Assembly: GCA_002269645.1 (NCBI GenBank)
Contig: NIVC01001528.1
Span: 1 to 64,000, forward strand
Reading direction: 5' to 3'
DNA from: Macrostomum lignano
Taxonomy: Eukaryota
DNA: 64,000 bases
The translations under genes were made by a program, and so were the position numbers. Position 1 is the stretch's first letter. Each line of letters begins with the position of its first letter. The notes under the pieces were generated by a model. That model did no database searches, had not been told where the DNA came from, and worked only from the letters and a program-made list of their open reading frames with translations. Shown here one piece after another: positions 25,258 through 36,779 of this stretch.

Positions 25258-26228
25258 TTAGCACCAGAGGCGCCAGCACCAGAGGCGCCAGCACCAGAGG
25301 CGCCAGCACCAGAGGCGCCAGCACCAGAGGCGCCAGCACCAGAGGCGCCAGCACCAGAGGCGCCAGCACCAGAGGCGCCAGCACCAGAGGCGCCAGCACC
25401 AGAGGCGCCAGCACCAGAGGCGCCAGCACCAGAGGCGCCAGCACCAGAGGCGCCAGCACCAGAGGCGCCAGCACCAGAGGCGCCAGCACCAGAGGCGCCA
25501 GCACCAGAGGCGCCAGCACCAGAGGCGCCAGCACCAGAGGCGCCAGCACCAGAGGCGCCAGCACCAGAGGCGCCAGCACCAGAGGCGCCAGCACCAGAGG
25601 CGCCAGCACCAGAGGCGCCAGCACCAGAGGCGCCAGCACCAGAGGCGCCAGCACCAGAGGCGCCAGCACCAGAGGCGCCAGCACCAAGAGGCGCCAGCAC
25701 CATTGGCGCCAGCACCAGACGCGCCAGCACCAGAGGCGCCAGAAACAAAAGAGGCGCCAGTACCATTGGCGCCAAAACCAAGAGGCGCCAGCACCAGAGG
25801 CGCCAGCACCAGAGGCGCCAGCACCAGAGGCGCCAGCACCAGAGGCGCCAGCACCAGAGGCGCCAGCACCAGAGGCGCCAGCACCAGAGGCGCCAGCACC
25901 AGAGGCGCCAGCACTAGAGGCGCCAGCACCAGAGGCGCCAGCACCAGAGGCGCCAGCACCAGAGGCGCCAGCACCAGAGGCGCCAGCACCAGAGGCGCCA
26001 GCACCAGAGGCGCCAGCACCAGACGCGCCAGCACCAGAGGCGCCAGCACCAGAGGCGCCAGCACCAGTGGCGCCAGCACCAGAGGCGCCAGCACCAGAGG
26101 CGCCAGCACCAAGAGGCGCCAGCACCATTGGCGCCAGCACCAGACGCGCCAGCACCAGAGGCGCCAGAAACAAAAGAGGCGCCAGTACCATTGGCGCCAA
26201 AACCAAGAGGCGCCAGCACCAGAGGCGT
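25258..26228. repeat. 15-bp minisatellite (agcaccagaggcgcc), ~60 copies, with a variant ~110-bp cassette present twice
   Basis: Tandem array; the variant block occurs at ~25681-25790 and ~26106-26215. Confidence 0.96.
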
Positions 26229-26854
26229 CAGTTCAATTGTTTAAATTTTTTTAATGAACAATCAATGAAGCACTCAATTAATCCACTTTGACTTTCAGCA
26301 ACTAGAACCTTGAGAAAACTGATAAATAGCCATAACTTTTTGGGTTTTAAATCATAACTTCAAAAGCGCCAGAGGTCCTTGCGAATCCCGTGAATCTTGT
26401 AAAACAGCCTCCAACAGAGGACGTACGATCGAGTTGAATGTTTTTTGCGACGACTAAAACCGAACTCCAATGAAATTCAAACAGTTAGCGTTGTTCTAAT
26501 CCAGTGTATTCCCGCTATTTCGACATTGTTTGTCACATTGAATGATACTGGATGAATAGACCCCAATCGCATGATTGCAATCCAGCATATGGTTAATAAA
26601 CTTTATGACTTGCAGTCAACCCCCCTCACTAGGGATTTTTAAAAAACACAAAAACTCCCAACCCCCACTTTTACCCGACCTAAGAGTTGGGGAGGATCGA
26701 ATGAAGAGAGTCAAAGGATGCTGCCAGAGCCACTGCTACGCAGAACGGATCAATGATGCGGTGGGCATTTTTTTCACGATTTTAAACTTCCTAGCTTTAG
26801 CGGCTCAGGAATTACAAAGCAACTTCCTTGCCTCGGCTACCATTGTTCTCTCCT

Positions 26855-27274
26855 GAAAGCGCTGCTTTGAATAGCGACAGCTGCCTCAAAGTGCTCTGAA
26901 CTTTTTACCATTGTCCGAAACTCTTTCACTGAATTCACCCGAACCCCAACCGGACGGACTCGAAATGGGGGGAAGGACATGGCGCTGCATGTCAAAGCGA
27001 CATCGGACCCGCAGCCACGCACCCGCAGCCGACAGCTCAGCCGCAGCTATTGCGCGGCGCATCTGAAGGCTGCGTACGGCTGTTCAGTCCAAGGACTGGC
27101 GGGTCGCCACACACACCCTCAATTACCCCAGCTAATGCTGGCACCCATTTTACAGCTGAGTGAACTGAAGCAATGCAGAGAGTTAAGTATCCGCTCAAGG
27201 AAAAATTGCCAAGAATCGAACCCCCGACCTTTGAGTCGCGAGTCCGACGCTCTAACCACTAGGCTACAGTCCCC
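26855..27274 (-). mobile_element. tRNA-derived SINE, family B, near full length
   Basis: Minus-strand head ggggactgtagcctagtggttagagcgtcggactcgcgactcaaaggtcgggggttcgattc (A box TAGCCTAGTGG, B box GGTTCGATTC). Body shared with 43571-43735; tail resembles an L2-type tail (agcactttgagg...aaagcagcgct). Confidence 0.75.
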
Positions 27275-27825
27275 TCACCCTAGCAGTGAACTCAACAAAT
27301 ACGCTTTTGCCTCTTGTTCACCGAGATTAATTTCCATGTACTATATTCCATGTACTACTACTCAGTTAAAAGTAGTATAGTGAAAATTTGCATCTGTGAC
27401 GCAGATAACGCATGGAAAGTCGACTGAATCGAAAAGTATCCAATAATCCAGCGCATTGTTGGCGACTTTTTCAACCTTTTATTGTGCGCGCAATCGCGAA
27501 CCATTAGGAGACCCATTTTAGACCTCATTGAGACTTTTCAGCTCTCTGCAGTCTCCTGAAAGGGACCAGCTCTCATCCTACATGCCGGAATCAAAGGGAC
27601 AATAGCCACTGCTCCCATTGTTGCAGCAAAATCTGACTACTTCACTCTACTATTTTCGTGCAGGTTAATGGACTTTGAGCAATGCAGCCGGTCAGGGACT
27701 TTTCAGCATAGCAACTGGACTGGAATCTGCTAAAAATCCTCATTACTGAATGAGGCAGAAAAGGGAATACAGCAATGAAAGGAAATGCAAAATGCAAAAC
27801 GCAAGTCCAACTCTTGTCTAACATG

Positions 27826-28160
27826 CACTTTATTAAGCCACATTGTCGCACAATCGGCGAAAGGCATTGCTGCCCATTCCGCCGACTCCCCTGAGCAGAC
27901 ACACAAGCGCGCGGATACGTACGCAGTCATACATACAGGCACACACTCACACAGGAGTGTACAGCGGCCCTAACTTTATTTATCGTTAGGCATGTACACT
28001 TCACTGCGCCTTGGGGGTTGGGCCTCAAGGGCGTTAATTGCACGAGCAGAGCCAAGCCGAGATTCCAATTTAGCCCGAAATGAATTTGACTGCACTTGGA
28101 ATCGAGCCTGGGCCGCTGGCACATCAGAGCTCCGCGCCAGACCTCTAGGCTACGTCCCCC
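27826..28160 (-). mobile_element. tRNA-derived SINE, family A, copy 2
   Basis: Colinear with 16476-16835; head gggggacgtagcctagagg...ggctcgattcc. Confidence 0.8.
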
Positions 28161-28694
28161 TGACTGACATGCATATACATCTGTCTTGAATTTTTGTATA
28201 TCTTGCTGACTGGACCCACAATTCTATTCTGTACGGCCACTGTGTAATTGCAAAGACAAGAAAGCAAAAACGGCCCAGTGCTTGTGAGAGTACCATAGGA
28301 ATCAGTTGCCAGGTCATTCCGTACTCAATTTCGAGTCTTCAAAGAGCGCAGAGCAGCTAAAATTAGAAAAAAATTCACTTCAATGAAAAAGGGAAAAAAC
28401 AGAAAAGCCATGAAGAGTCGCATCTTCCTGCCAATGCGGTGCCCTGCTAGCATTCGAATTTTCTCAAAAGCTTGTTCATATGGTGCTCTGGACTAGAGAG
28501 TCTAGTGGTTCTCAGAGCCAGTGAACTAGAAAGCAGATATCGACAGTGACTAAGGAATCTTCTCGCGATGAGAACAAGCCAGAGCAATGGCTTGATACCA
28601 GAAACCAGCAGTGCACTGTGTATGCTTTACAGCAGGAGTCACGGCTCGCGAAGTCTCTCCATCCAGCCCTCGGGTCCGTGAAACTTCATAATAG

Positions 28695-29324
<630 letters not shown>

Positions 29325-30459
29325 TAAAGCATCGACCCCTGCTTTACAGAAAGAGGAACCGATGAAGCACATAAGCCCAGCTGAATGCATTGTCAGTGCA
29401 GATTGGAGATAACTGCAGGTAATGACTTGATTTTGTCATTATAACATATGTTACCCAGCCTTTGACATGGTGTATCATTCCTTTATCTACAATAAATTCT
29501 ACACTGAACCTGTTGGATGCGAATTCTGCAGAACTACTAGAATATGCTACTCAGCTGAGCAGACATTCCTCACCATTTAACTGCCTTAGTTAAATGCCCG
29601 GCCGGATTCGAGCTCAGTCGAAATTCACAATGCTTTTTTACTCCGGACTTTGGAAATTCCTGACGCTGGCTTGTTCAGAGGCAGGTATCGTGTGTCTGTC
29701 TGGACTCCCAGCTGACGTGTGAGCTCACAGTGGATTCATTTGAGTAAACAGCAGGTTTACAGTTCCGGCGCATCCACTGGTACAGCTCTCTGGCATTTGA
29801 CATTCATCGTTTCAGCGCAGCCTACAGTCAGCCAAGAGGAATTGCGATTGGAACATGAGAGTATGAAAATACAGCAAGCTCGAAGACGTGTCACACAGTT
29901 GGTTGATCTGCGTTGAATCAGCTGAGCCCAACCAGAAATATGAGATTGTATTTGAGAAACTCGCGCTGCTCTTGCGATGGACTTTTCTCCTGAATTGGTT
30001 GGCGAAGTTCCGTAGCAACTGAGAATAATTAATGGTTTATAATATCCGCTACATTGCATGCCAAAATGTGCATTTAAAAAGAGCTTCAGACACTGTTAGA
30101 ACCCCTGGGTCCAATTAAACCACAATGGAGCGTCCACGTCCTGCATGACGTCCTGTAGACCTTGTATAAGACAGAATGTTTCTTCCGCCAGGACCCCTTG
30201 GTCCTTTTCGGGCAAAGCTGGTTTAGACAATGATGTGGATGAGCCTTCAGAGCGCGTACATTTTTTATGAGCTTTGAGCCATCGCTTCATCTAGAATAGC
30301 TGACTTACTAGACTGGGCGATTGCCTTGATTTGACTCGCTATCAGTTTTGCTCCCCCATGAAATGTTTGGGGTGGGAGCTTCCAATTCAGATGCTCTCTC
30401 TATCAAGAAGTCCCTGAGCCGGGCAAATAAAGCAATTGGGGTGGGGCGACACCGGTCGA

Positions 30460-30466
30460 TATAAAA
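30460..30466 (+). promoter_or_regulatory. TATA box (TATAAAA) of WSC-PAN copy 2
   Basis: Canonical motif ~80 bp before the ATG at 30545. Confidence 0.5.
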
Positions 30467-30544
30467 AGTCTGCGGAGAACTTGAAATTACCAGACTGATT
30501 CGGACTCAGCCCTCCGTTATTCGTCGCAACCCGTCGCTGAGCCA

Positions 30545-31316
30545 ATGTTCCGCCCCGATCAGGCCCTCCTGCTGCTGCTGGTGCAGGGCTATTGTTACTC
30601 AGGGCTGCTGCTGCCTCCGCAACCGCTGGGCCATCAGTACCTTGGCTGCTACGTTGACGGAGGCAACGGGGACCGGGACCTGGTTGGCCTGAAAGGGGTC
30701 ACTACTTTGGGACCCTACTCATATGACTCAGGAAACCCGGTCTTTGTCCGAGAAGAAAGTCTGACGCTGGAGATGTGCAGAGAAATCTGCTCCTACGGCC
30801 GCTTTCGCTACTTCGGTACCCAGAGCCGCGTTTTCTGCTGCTGCAGCTCGACCTACGGCTCGAAAGGCGTCGCCGCTGCCGCTGACTGCATCTACCCTTG
30901 CAACGGCAACACGTCTCAGGAGTGCGGCGGCGACTCAAGGAACTCCATCTATGAGTCTCTGCATCCACCGAGTGAGTTCTGCGCCAAGAACATTGTGATC
31001 CTCTCAATAAGTTGAACCAGTTTTTATCCTAACAATTTAGACAACTTTTTGAACTCCTTCCTAATTTACAGTTGGACCGAAACTAACGAAAGTTCCCGTT
31101 GCTTCCATGCCGAGCATCGCAGCCTCCACCAGCTCCATCGTTTACCGCAGCGAGACGGCCGGAAGCGTCATCGAGTGCGCGGCCGCCTGCCACCGAAGCC
31201 CGGACTGCCTCGCCTGCGCCTTCGTGCAGTCCAGCCGGATGTGCCGGCTCCTGAGATTCGCCGCTGTGCCCAGCGACATCGCCAGCGAGGGCCAGTGGGT
31301 CTGGGTGAAGCCGTGA
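30545..31316 (+). CDS. Secreted WSC + PAN/apple-like protein, copy 2, 223 aa; join(30545..30971,31072..31316)
   Basis: Signal peptide; YLGCYVDG...LEMCREIC...RYFG...CCCSS...C.YPC.GN..QECGGDSRNSIY; a|gtgag donor and tttacag acceptor give phase 1; PAN exon ends QWVWVKP. Confidence 0.88.
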
Positions 31317-32194
31317 CGAATTTGCAACTACAAAAGCAAATGAGCAAAAGCAACTTCTGGGATGGCGAAATCGAGCAAACAAGCAGAGAACAATTACTTA
31401 ATGTTGCTTTTTTTTGGCAAAGGCTTTTTTAATTAGTAACGTAGACTGCCCTACCGTACGTTAACAATTTTTCTACCTTATCTCCTTATCTTTTGAAAAT
31501 TGTTCCCAAGTGGCTCTTTTACACTTTTTCGCGGCACCCCAAATTGATTGTCGCCATTGTGAAGCAGAATCTGAATTGACAAAGCAAAACCAACAACTAA
31601 ATTCGGTGTTAAACATGTTAATACTGCAATGTAATATGATTTCCACCTGTCTTGACAAAACTTAACCAAGCAGAGCCAATTAGCGAGTTTGCAGTTCTCT
31701 ATCATGAGCATGCTCGTAAAACACCTGTCTAACTGTGCCCGAAGTCAATCAACTGTCAAACGTCCATCGATCCGCTGAGTCCTAAGAAATCTCGCCTACT
31801 ATTGAGTAAGTAGTAAGATACGGTTATGAAGCTACTATTGAGCAGTGTAGTAAAAGTGAAAGTGCAGACTGTCGGTGACGCACTGAAATGCGTCAGAACG
31901 ATGGAAATTTGAAGCAGTACATTTATTTGAAGAAGAGCTGCTTCCTCATTTCTGAGAAGCTGAGAACAACGTAGATTCACACAGGGGGCTTACCATAAAT
32001 ATTAACATCGTTTTCAATTCTTAGAAAAATTGACTTCCATTTTTCCCCAGATGCTGCTTCAATTGGGCTTGGAAGTTTCGCGGATTTTCACCTGCCCAAG
32101 AGAGCACTCAAATTTTATACTCATAGCGACTCTCCGCATTAGCTGTGTAACATCAAAAACAGCTGGTATCCATCTGCACTCCTTGGTAGCAGCC

Positions 32195-32388
32195 TGAGGA
32201 TCTAGATGCTAATTACCTGAGGTTTTAGATGCTGATTGCCTGATGATCTAGATGCTAATTACCTGAGGTTCTAGATGCTAATTACCTGAGGATCTAGATG
32301 CTAATTACCTGAGGATCTGGATGCTAATTACCTGAGGATTTAGATGCTAATTACCTGAGGATCTGGATGCTAATTACCTGAGGATCCA
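32195..32388. repeat. 23-bp minisatellite (tctagatgctaattacctgagga), ~7-8 copies
   Basis: Direct tandem repetition. Confidence 0.88.
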
Positions 32389-33252
32389 GTTGATGCAGCA
32401 AGTTAAGCAGAGCTCGCGCTGGTTAGTACGCAGCTGAATCGGCTGCGCAGAGAGATTTCTGAGATAATGATGTGCTTACAATACAAAGACTGCGACACAA
32501 CTGCAGACGAAAGAAAATTATGGCATTGCGAAACTAAAACTACCGTTTGGCTCCTATTGTTAATTCTTTTTTTCAAATATCCCCAATACATGCAATCTCC
32601 ACAAAGGGAATCAGCTATGGCGAGATTCTGTCTGTAGAAAAATTTAATGGACTTCTGGATACCTGATGGACCATATTCTAGCCACTAGCTAACAATAAAC
32701 TGACTGACAGCACAACCTACAATGGCAAGCCCGCCATCATCACCTGAGCAAAGCCATTGCCCCTGAGCTGAACAATTTAAGCAGAGTTTTGAGATTTGAG
32801 TTTTGAGTTTGAGACATTTCCAAGAATTCTGAGACACGCAAAGTTAGGAGCCAGCAGCACATTCATCTTCCATCAGAACTAACAAAGACTATAACTGCAT
32901 TTCGTGCAACGCATTGCAAGCTGTCTTCTGCTGGCTCAGTAACATTCTCAACGAGATGGTACTTGCAGGCTAATTATTCCACAGCGGCTCAGCTAGGGGT
33001 AAGAGACGGGACTGATTAAGACAAAGAATTTTATACATGTCCATGTCCACAATGCAATGCAAGCAGCACCCACAATGCAAGCCCGCCATCAAACCTGAGC
33101 GAATCGCTTTTAAAAAACAAGCATCATCCAGGGACTACTGAAACTAGTTTCGAGGTGATGCTACTAAAAATAGTTTTAGTAGTCCCTGGCATCACCTGAG
33201 CGAGGCAATGCCAGGAGAGCTCTGAGCTGAACAGCTTAAACAGAGTTTTGAG

Positions 33253-33938
33253 CTCTGCCCTCCCTGCCCGGTCCATCTTGCTCTGTCCTTGGTCCATCTG
33301 CTGGCTCCTCTGGCTGTCTCCCTGCCCTTGTGTCTCGGCTCTCATCCTGACAGTGGACTGGAGTGCTGGGTAGGAAGTTCGTCCCGAATCGGGGATACCG
33401 GCTGAGTCCGGGTCCTCTTGCGCCTTGTGCCCCTTACCGACCCCTTGGCCTGGCCTCCAATATTGAGCTGGATAGGTGATACCCTTGTGGCTCGCAGCCC
33501 TCTAGGAGGGTCTTGCAATGTCTACCTCTTGATAGGAGTCTCGCCCTTGGAAACAAGCCTTTCAGCCAAATTCCAAATTCCTAACTACAGCTTTTTCCGT
33601 AGACCTCTGGGGTTTCCCCGCTCTCGGACCGCTCTAAGTAGCAAACTAAGCTTTTCAAACCTTTTTTCGCGCGCACTCCCAAGGACTTGTCTGCTGGGTG
33701 GTGGCCTGGGTGGACTCAGTCCTAGCACCGTCCCTGATTCCACTGTTGGGTTGGCGGTGCCTAGTCCATAGGCTTGGGTTATTAGTAGTTCACACCCAGC
33801 CCTAGCCAAGGCGTTAGGGTCTAACCAACTAGTCTAGTGGGTATCTCGGGCTTAGGCCCCTGGAAGTGCCCATCAGCGGCAGAGCCCCTCTCAGGGCTGA
33901 TCCGCGGGTAGCAACAGCTCCCACCCCCGTTTAACAAC
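33253..33938 (-). mobile_element. 686-bp insertion flanked by a 15-bp target-site duplication
   Basis: aaacagagttttgag occurs at 33238-33252 and 33939-33953. The paralogous segment near 39800 lacks the insert. The strand assignment is tentative. Confidence 0.7.
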
Positions 33939-35170
33939 AAACAGAGTTTTGAGTCGCTGATGAGAGACATTTTAAAAATTCTGAGACTCGCAGAGTTAGG
34001 AGCCTGAGGCAGCTTCATCTTCTAGCTACCAAAGATGGGAGAGCTGCATGACTTGTCACGCATTGCTGTCCTCTGCTTGCTCAGTGAATTCTCAACAAGC
34101 TGGTGCTTGCAGGCTAATCCTCCCACAGCGATTCAGCCAGGAGTAAGAGACGAGACTGATGCAGACAAAGAATTCTATACAATAGATAGCTATGCGAAAG
34201 AGATGTCGCTGGTGCCTGAGTTGACTCAGTTACGTTGGGAAAGACAATCGGCCTGGAGGGGTAGGCTGGATCGATGAATCTTCTGCAGAAGTTCTGCAGC
34301 AGTCTGGTGTTACGAATCAGTGCCGGCGCTGTCAATGCTTCCGCTGCTTTGGAGTTTGAGGCTGACGTGTTGTGCAAGCTGCCCTGCTGTGCATGCATCT
34401 ATTAATGTCTCCGGGTTGAGCAGCTTTGCTTAGCTGTCTCAGCTTTGCTGCAATGCTTTAATCCTCACCTGGCAGCAGAGTGGAACAAAACTCGGTGCTC
34501 TTACCTCTGCTTCTTGACTCGGCTTCCGTTGCCTCGGTCTCGTTACCGATTGACTCCCGATTCGGGCACCTGGGGTTTGGAAATTGCATCGTTCCATTTG
34601 CAACGATAAGATAGTTTAGTGACTTGGTGCTATTCCACTTTCCATTGCTACTGCTTTGTTTTTGTTTGCATTTTCAGTTTTCTTTACTTGAATTCGCGCC
34701 TGACGGCATCCTACGTCAGATAGACTGACTATTTATGCTGTGCAATGGGGCGTGTTTCACGTGACCATCGGGTAGGATTGGCTGTGTTCAGGTAGGTGGA
34801 TTTCCGCGCTAGCACTTGAAGCATTGTCTGTGCCACGGTGAGTAACGGCCGCTGGAGAGGTCGCACGACGACCCGCAAAGCTGTGCAAGGCAAAAAAACT
34901 GCTACAGCTGCAGCTAAACAGATGGCCCCACAGTTTTTATCTATGAAGACCAGGCGGTTCAGGAAATTCCACAAGGCAGACAAGTCGCATGCATGGCTGC
35001 ATGGAAATCAATGTAAAGCTAAGTTTCTTGTGAAAGGCACGAATTCGAATATACTCCGGCTTTCGCTTGCCGCTTTCCGTGTCAATCAAGCGATACAATG
35101 CGAGCTTCCTTTCTGCCTCTCTGCCGCTTGGTCAAGATGGACAAGGGAAGCTAGGTTGGTTGTCTTGCTG

Positions 35171-35184
35171 GTTACCATGGCAAC
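35171..35184. promoter_or_regulatory. RFX X-box (GTTACCATGGCAAC) upstream of WSC-PAN copy 3
   Basis: Exact consensus match, ~285 bp before the ATG. Confidence 0.65.
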
Positions 35185-35467
35185 TTGTCTGAACTGCTTA
35201 CCAGCCTGCGCAGGAGAGTTACAGAGTCACCAAGCCCTGCAAGTCGCAAGCAACCAATGAAATTTCATCCGCGCCTCATCAACTCATGCCATTGTTTCTT
35301 GTGAAAAAGTCCGCATATAATACACATCCATCTGAAAGGCATCTTGGCCTGTCCGTAATCTTGTCAAAGGGTGTCCAGCAGTGAATCCTCATCCTGTAGT
35401 CAGAGTCCAGCAGCGTCAAGCAGCCTTCAGTCTTCATCCAGCTTGCTGTAACCGCCAGTGCGCCAGC

Positions 35468-36077
35468 ATGCAGCGCTCCGTGCACCTGATTGTCCTCCTA
35501 TCCGTGCCTCTGGTCCTGCTGTTCCTGGTGGCGATGAGTCAGCCAAGTGTGCTGCATTACGGATACATCGGCTGCTTTGTTGACAGCAACAGCAACAGAG
35601 ATTTGAAAGGCCTGACTGAATTGAAGACAATTGGGCCTTTCACCGATAAGATAGAGTTGGCCTACTTTTTCAATATGTACACCGTCACCATCGAGAACTG
35701 CAGCAACCTCTGCGCCCTGGGCAGATTTCGCTACTTAGGTCTGCAGGCGCGAGCCTTCTGCTTCTGCGACAACAGCTACGGACTGCACGGAGCCGCTGCG
35801 AATTCTGACTGTCAGGAACTTTGCGTTGGAAACAGCAGCCAGATTTGCGGCGGCTACGATATAAACTCCATTTATGAGAACTTCTATGCGCCCGGTAAGA
35901 ACATTTTCGGGTCTTTTGGCTAACGATTCCTGCATCTAAATTTTTCTGCATTTGTGCTGCTGCTCAGAGACCGGCCTCTTCAAGCGCGTGGCCTCAACCA
36001 AGTCGATGCTCACCACCGCGCCCGGACAGCCAGAGAACAGCACCTACTGGAGCCAGGATGCTAGTGGTCCTTGGTAA
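35468..36077 (+). CDS. WSC-PAN copy 3, C-terminally truncated (WSC only, 178 aa) or pseudogene; join(35468..35894,35968..36077)
   Basis: Exon 1 is intact and highly similar to copy 1. Exon 2 homology breaks at ...tggagccagga| (~36058) and reaches TAA at 36075-36077, before any PAN cysteine. Confidence 0.8.
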
Positions 36078-36535
36078 CTTTCTGTGGCCTCTGGCACAAC
36101 GCTAAGTCAGTCTTAGGAGTCTTGGTGGTAGCAGTGGTCCTAAGGACATGAAATCAAAAAATAGAAACCATTTTTCATAATGGGCACCACTCCAGTGGAT
36201 CCACTTTGTTCTTTTTCTAGTGCAAAGAATATATTTAACAAACTGATTGTCTACTTTCAGTAGCAAAATAAGCGGCAGATGGGTAGAAAATTTTACTATT
36301 GCAATTTTTGTACTTGCTTTATACTTATTTCACATAAGCAGAAGTCTCTTGCCCCAAATGCCAAAGTGTATAGAGGAACAGATTCTGCTGCACAGTTTTT
36401 AGGTCATCATGTAGTTGCACACAACTTCTGTACAGAATGCAAACTGGCAACTTGACTCTTGTTTGAGTAAGCCGTTCACCCATTGGTAGATATACTGTGA
36501 GAATATTCTGCTTTTGTAATCGTTGTATTAATTAT

Positions 36536-36776
36536 AGGCAGGAGTTGTGTGCACCCTGGCGCACTTTAAGCGACATTGTAACACAACCGGCGAGAGGCAT
36601 TTCCACTGCCCATTCCACCGACTCCCCTGAGTAGGCACACAAGCGCGCGAATACGTACGCAGTCATACGCACAGGCACTCACGCAGGAGTGTACAGCAGC
36701 CCTAACTTTATTAATAGTTAGGCATGTACACTTCACCTGTGCCTTGGGGGTTGGCCCTCAAGGGCGTTAATTGCTT
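36536..36776 (-). mobile_element. SINE family A, copy 3 (tRNA head missing)
   Basis: Body colinear with the other copies; ends abruptly at aagggcgttaattgc, next to the retroelement relic. Confidence 0.75.
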
Positions 36777-36779
36777 GAT

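Noticed and set aside
25121-26291. GASGA (fibroin-like) / APEAP repeat ORFs
   Set aside because: All six frames are open in the 15-bp array; no signal peptide or non-repetitive domain.
27200-27274. Possible genuine tRNA genes (also 16765-16835, 28095-28160, 45440-45511, 9406-9474)
   Set aside because: Acceptor stems do not close, and four of the five run into shared repeat bodies, so they are treated as SINE heads. tRNAscan-SE would settle it.
29650-30300. Minus-strand ORF fragments that might be a decayed DNA-transposase
   Set aside because: No diagnostic motif could be identified with confidence.
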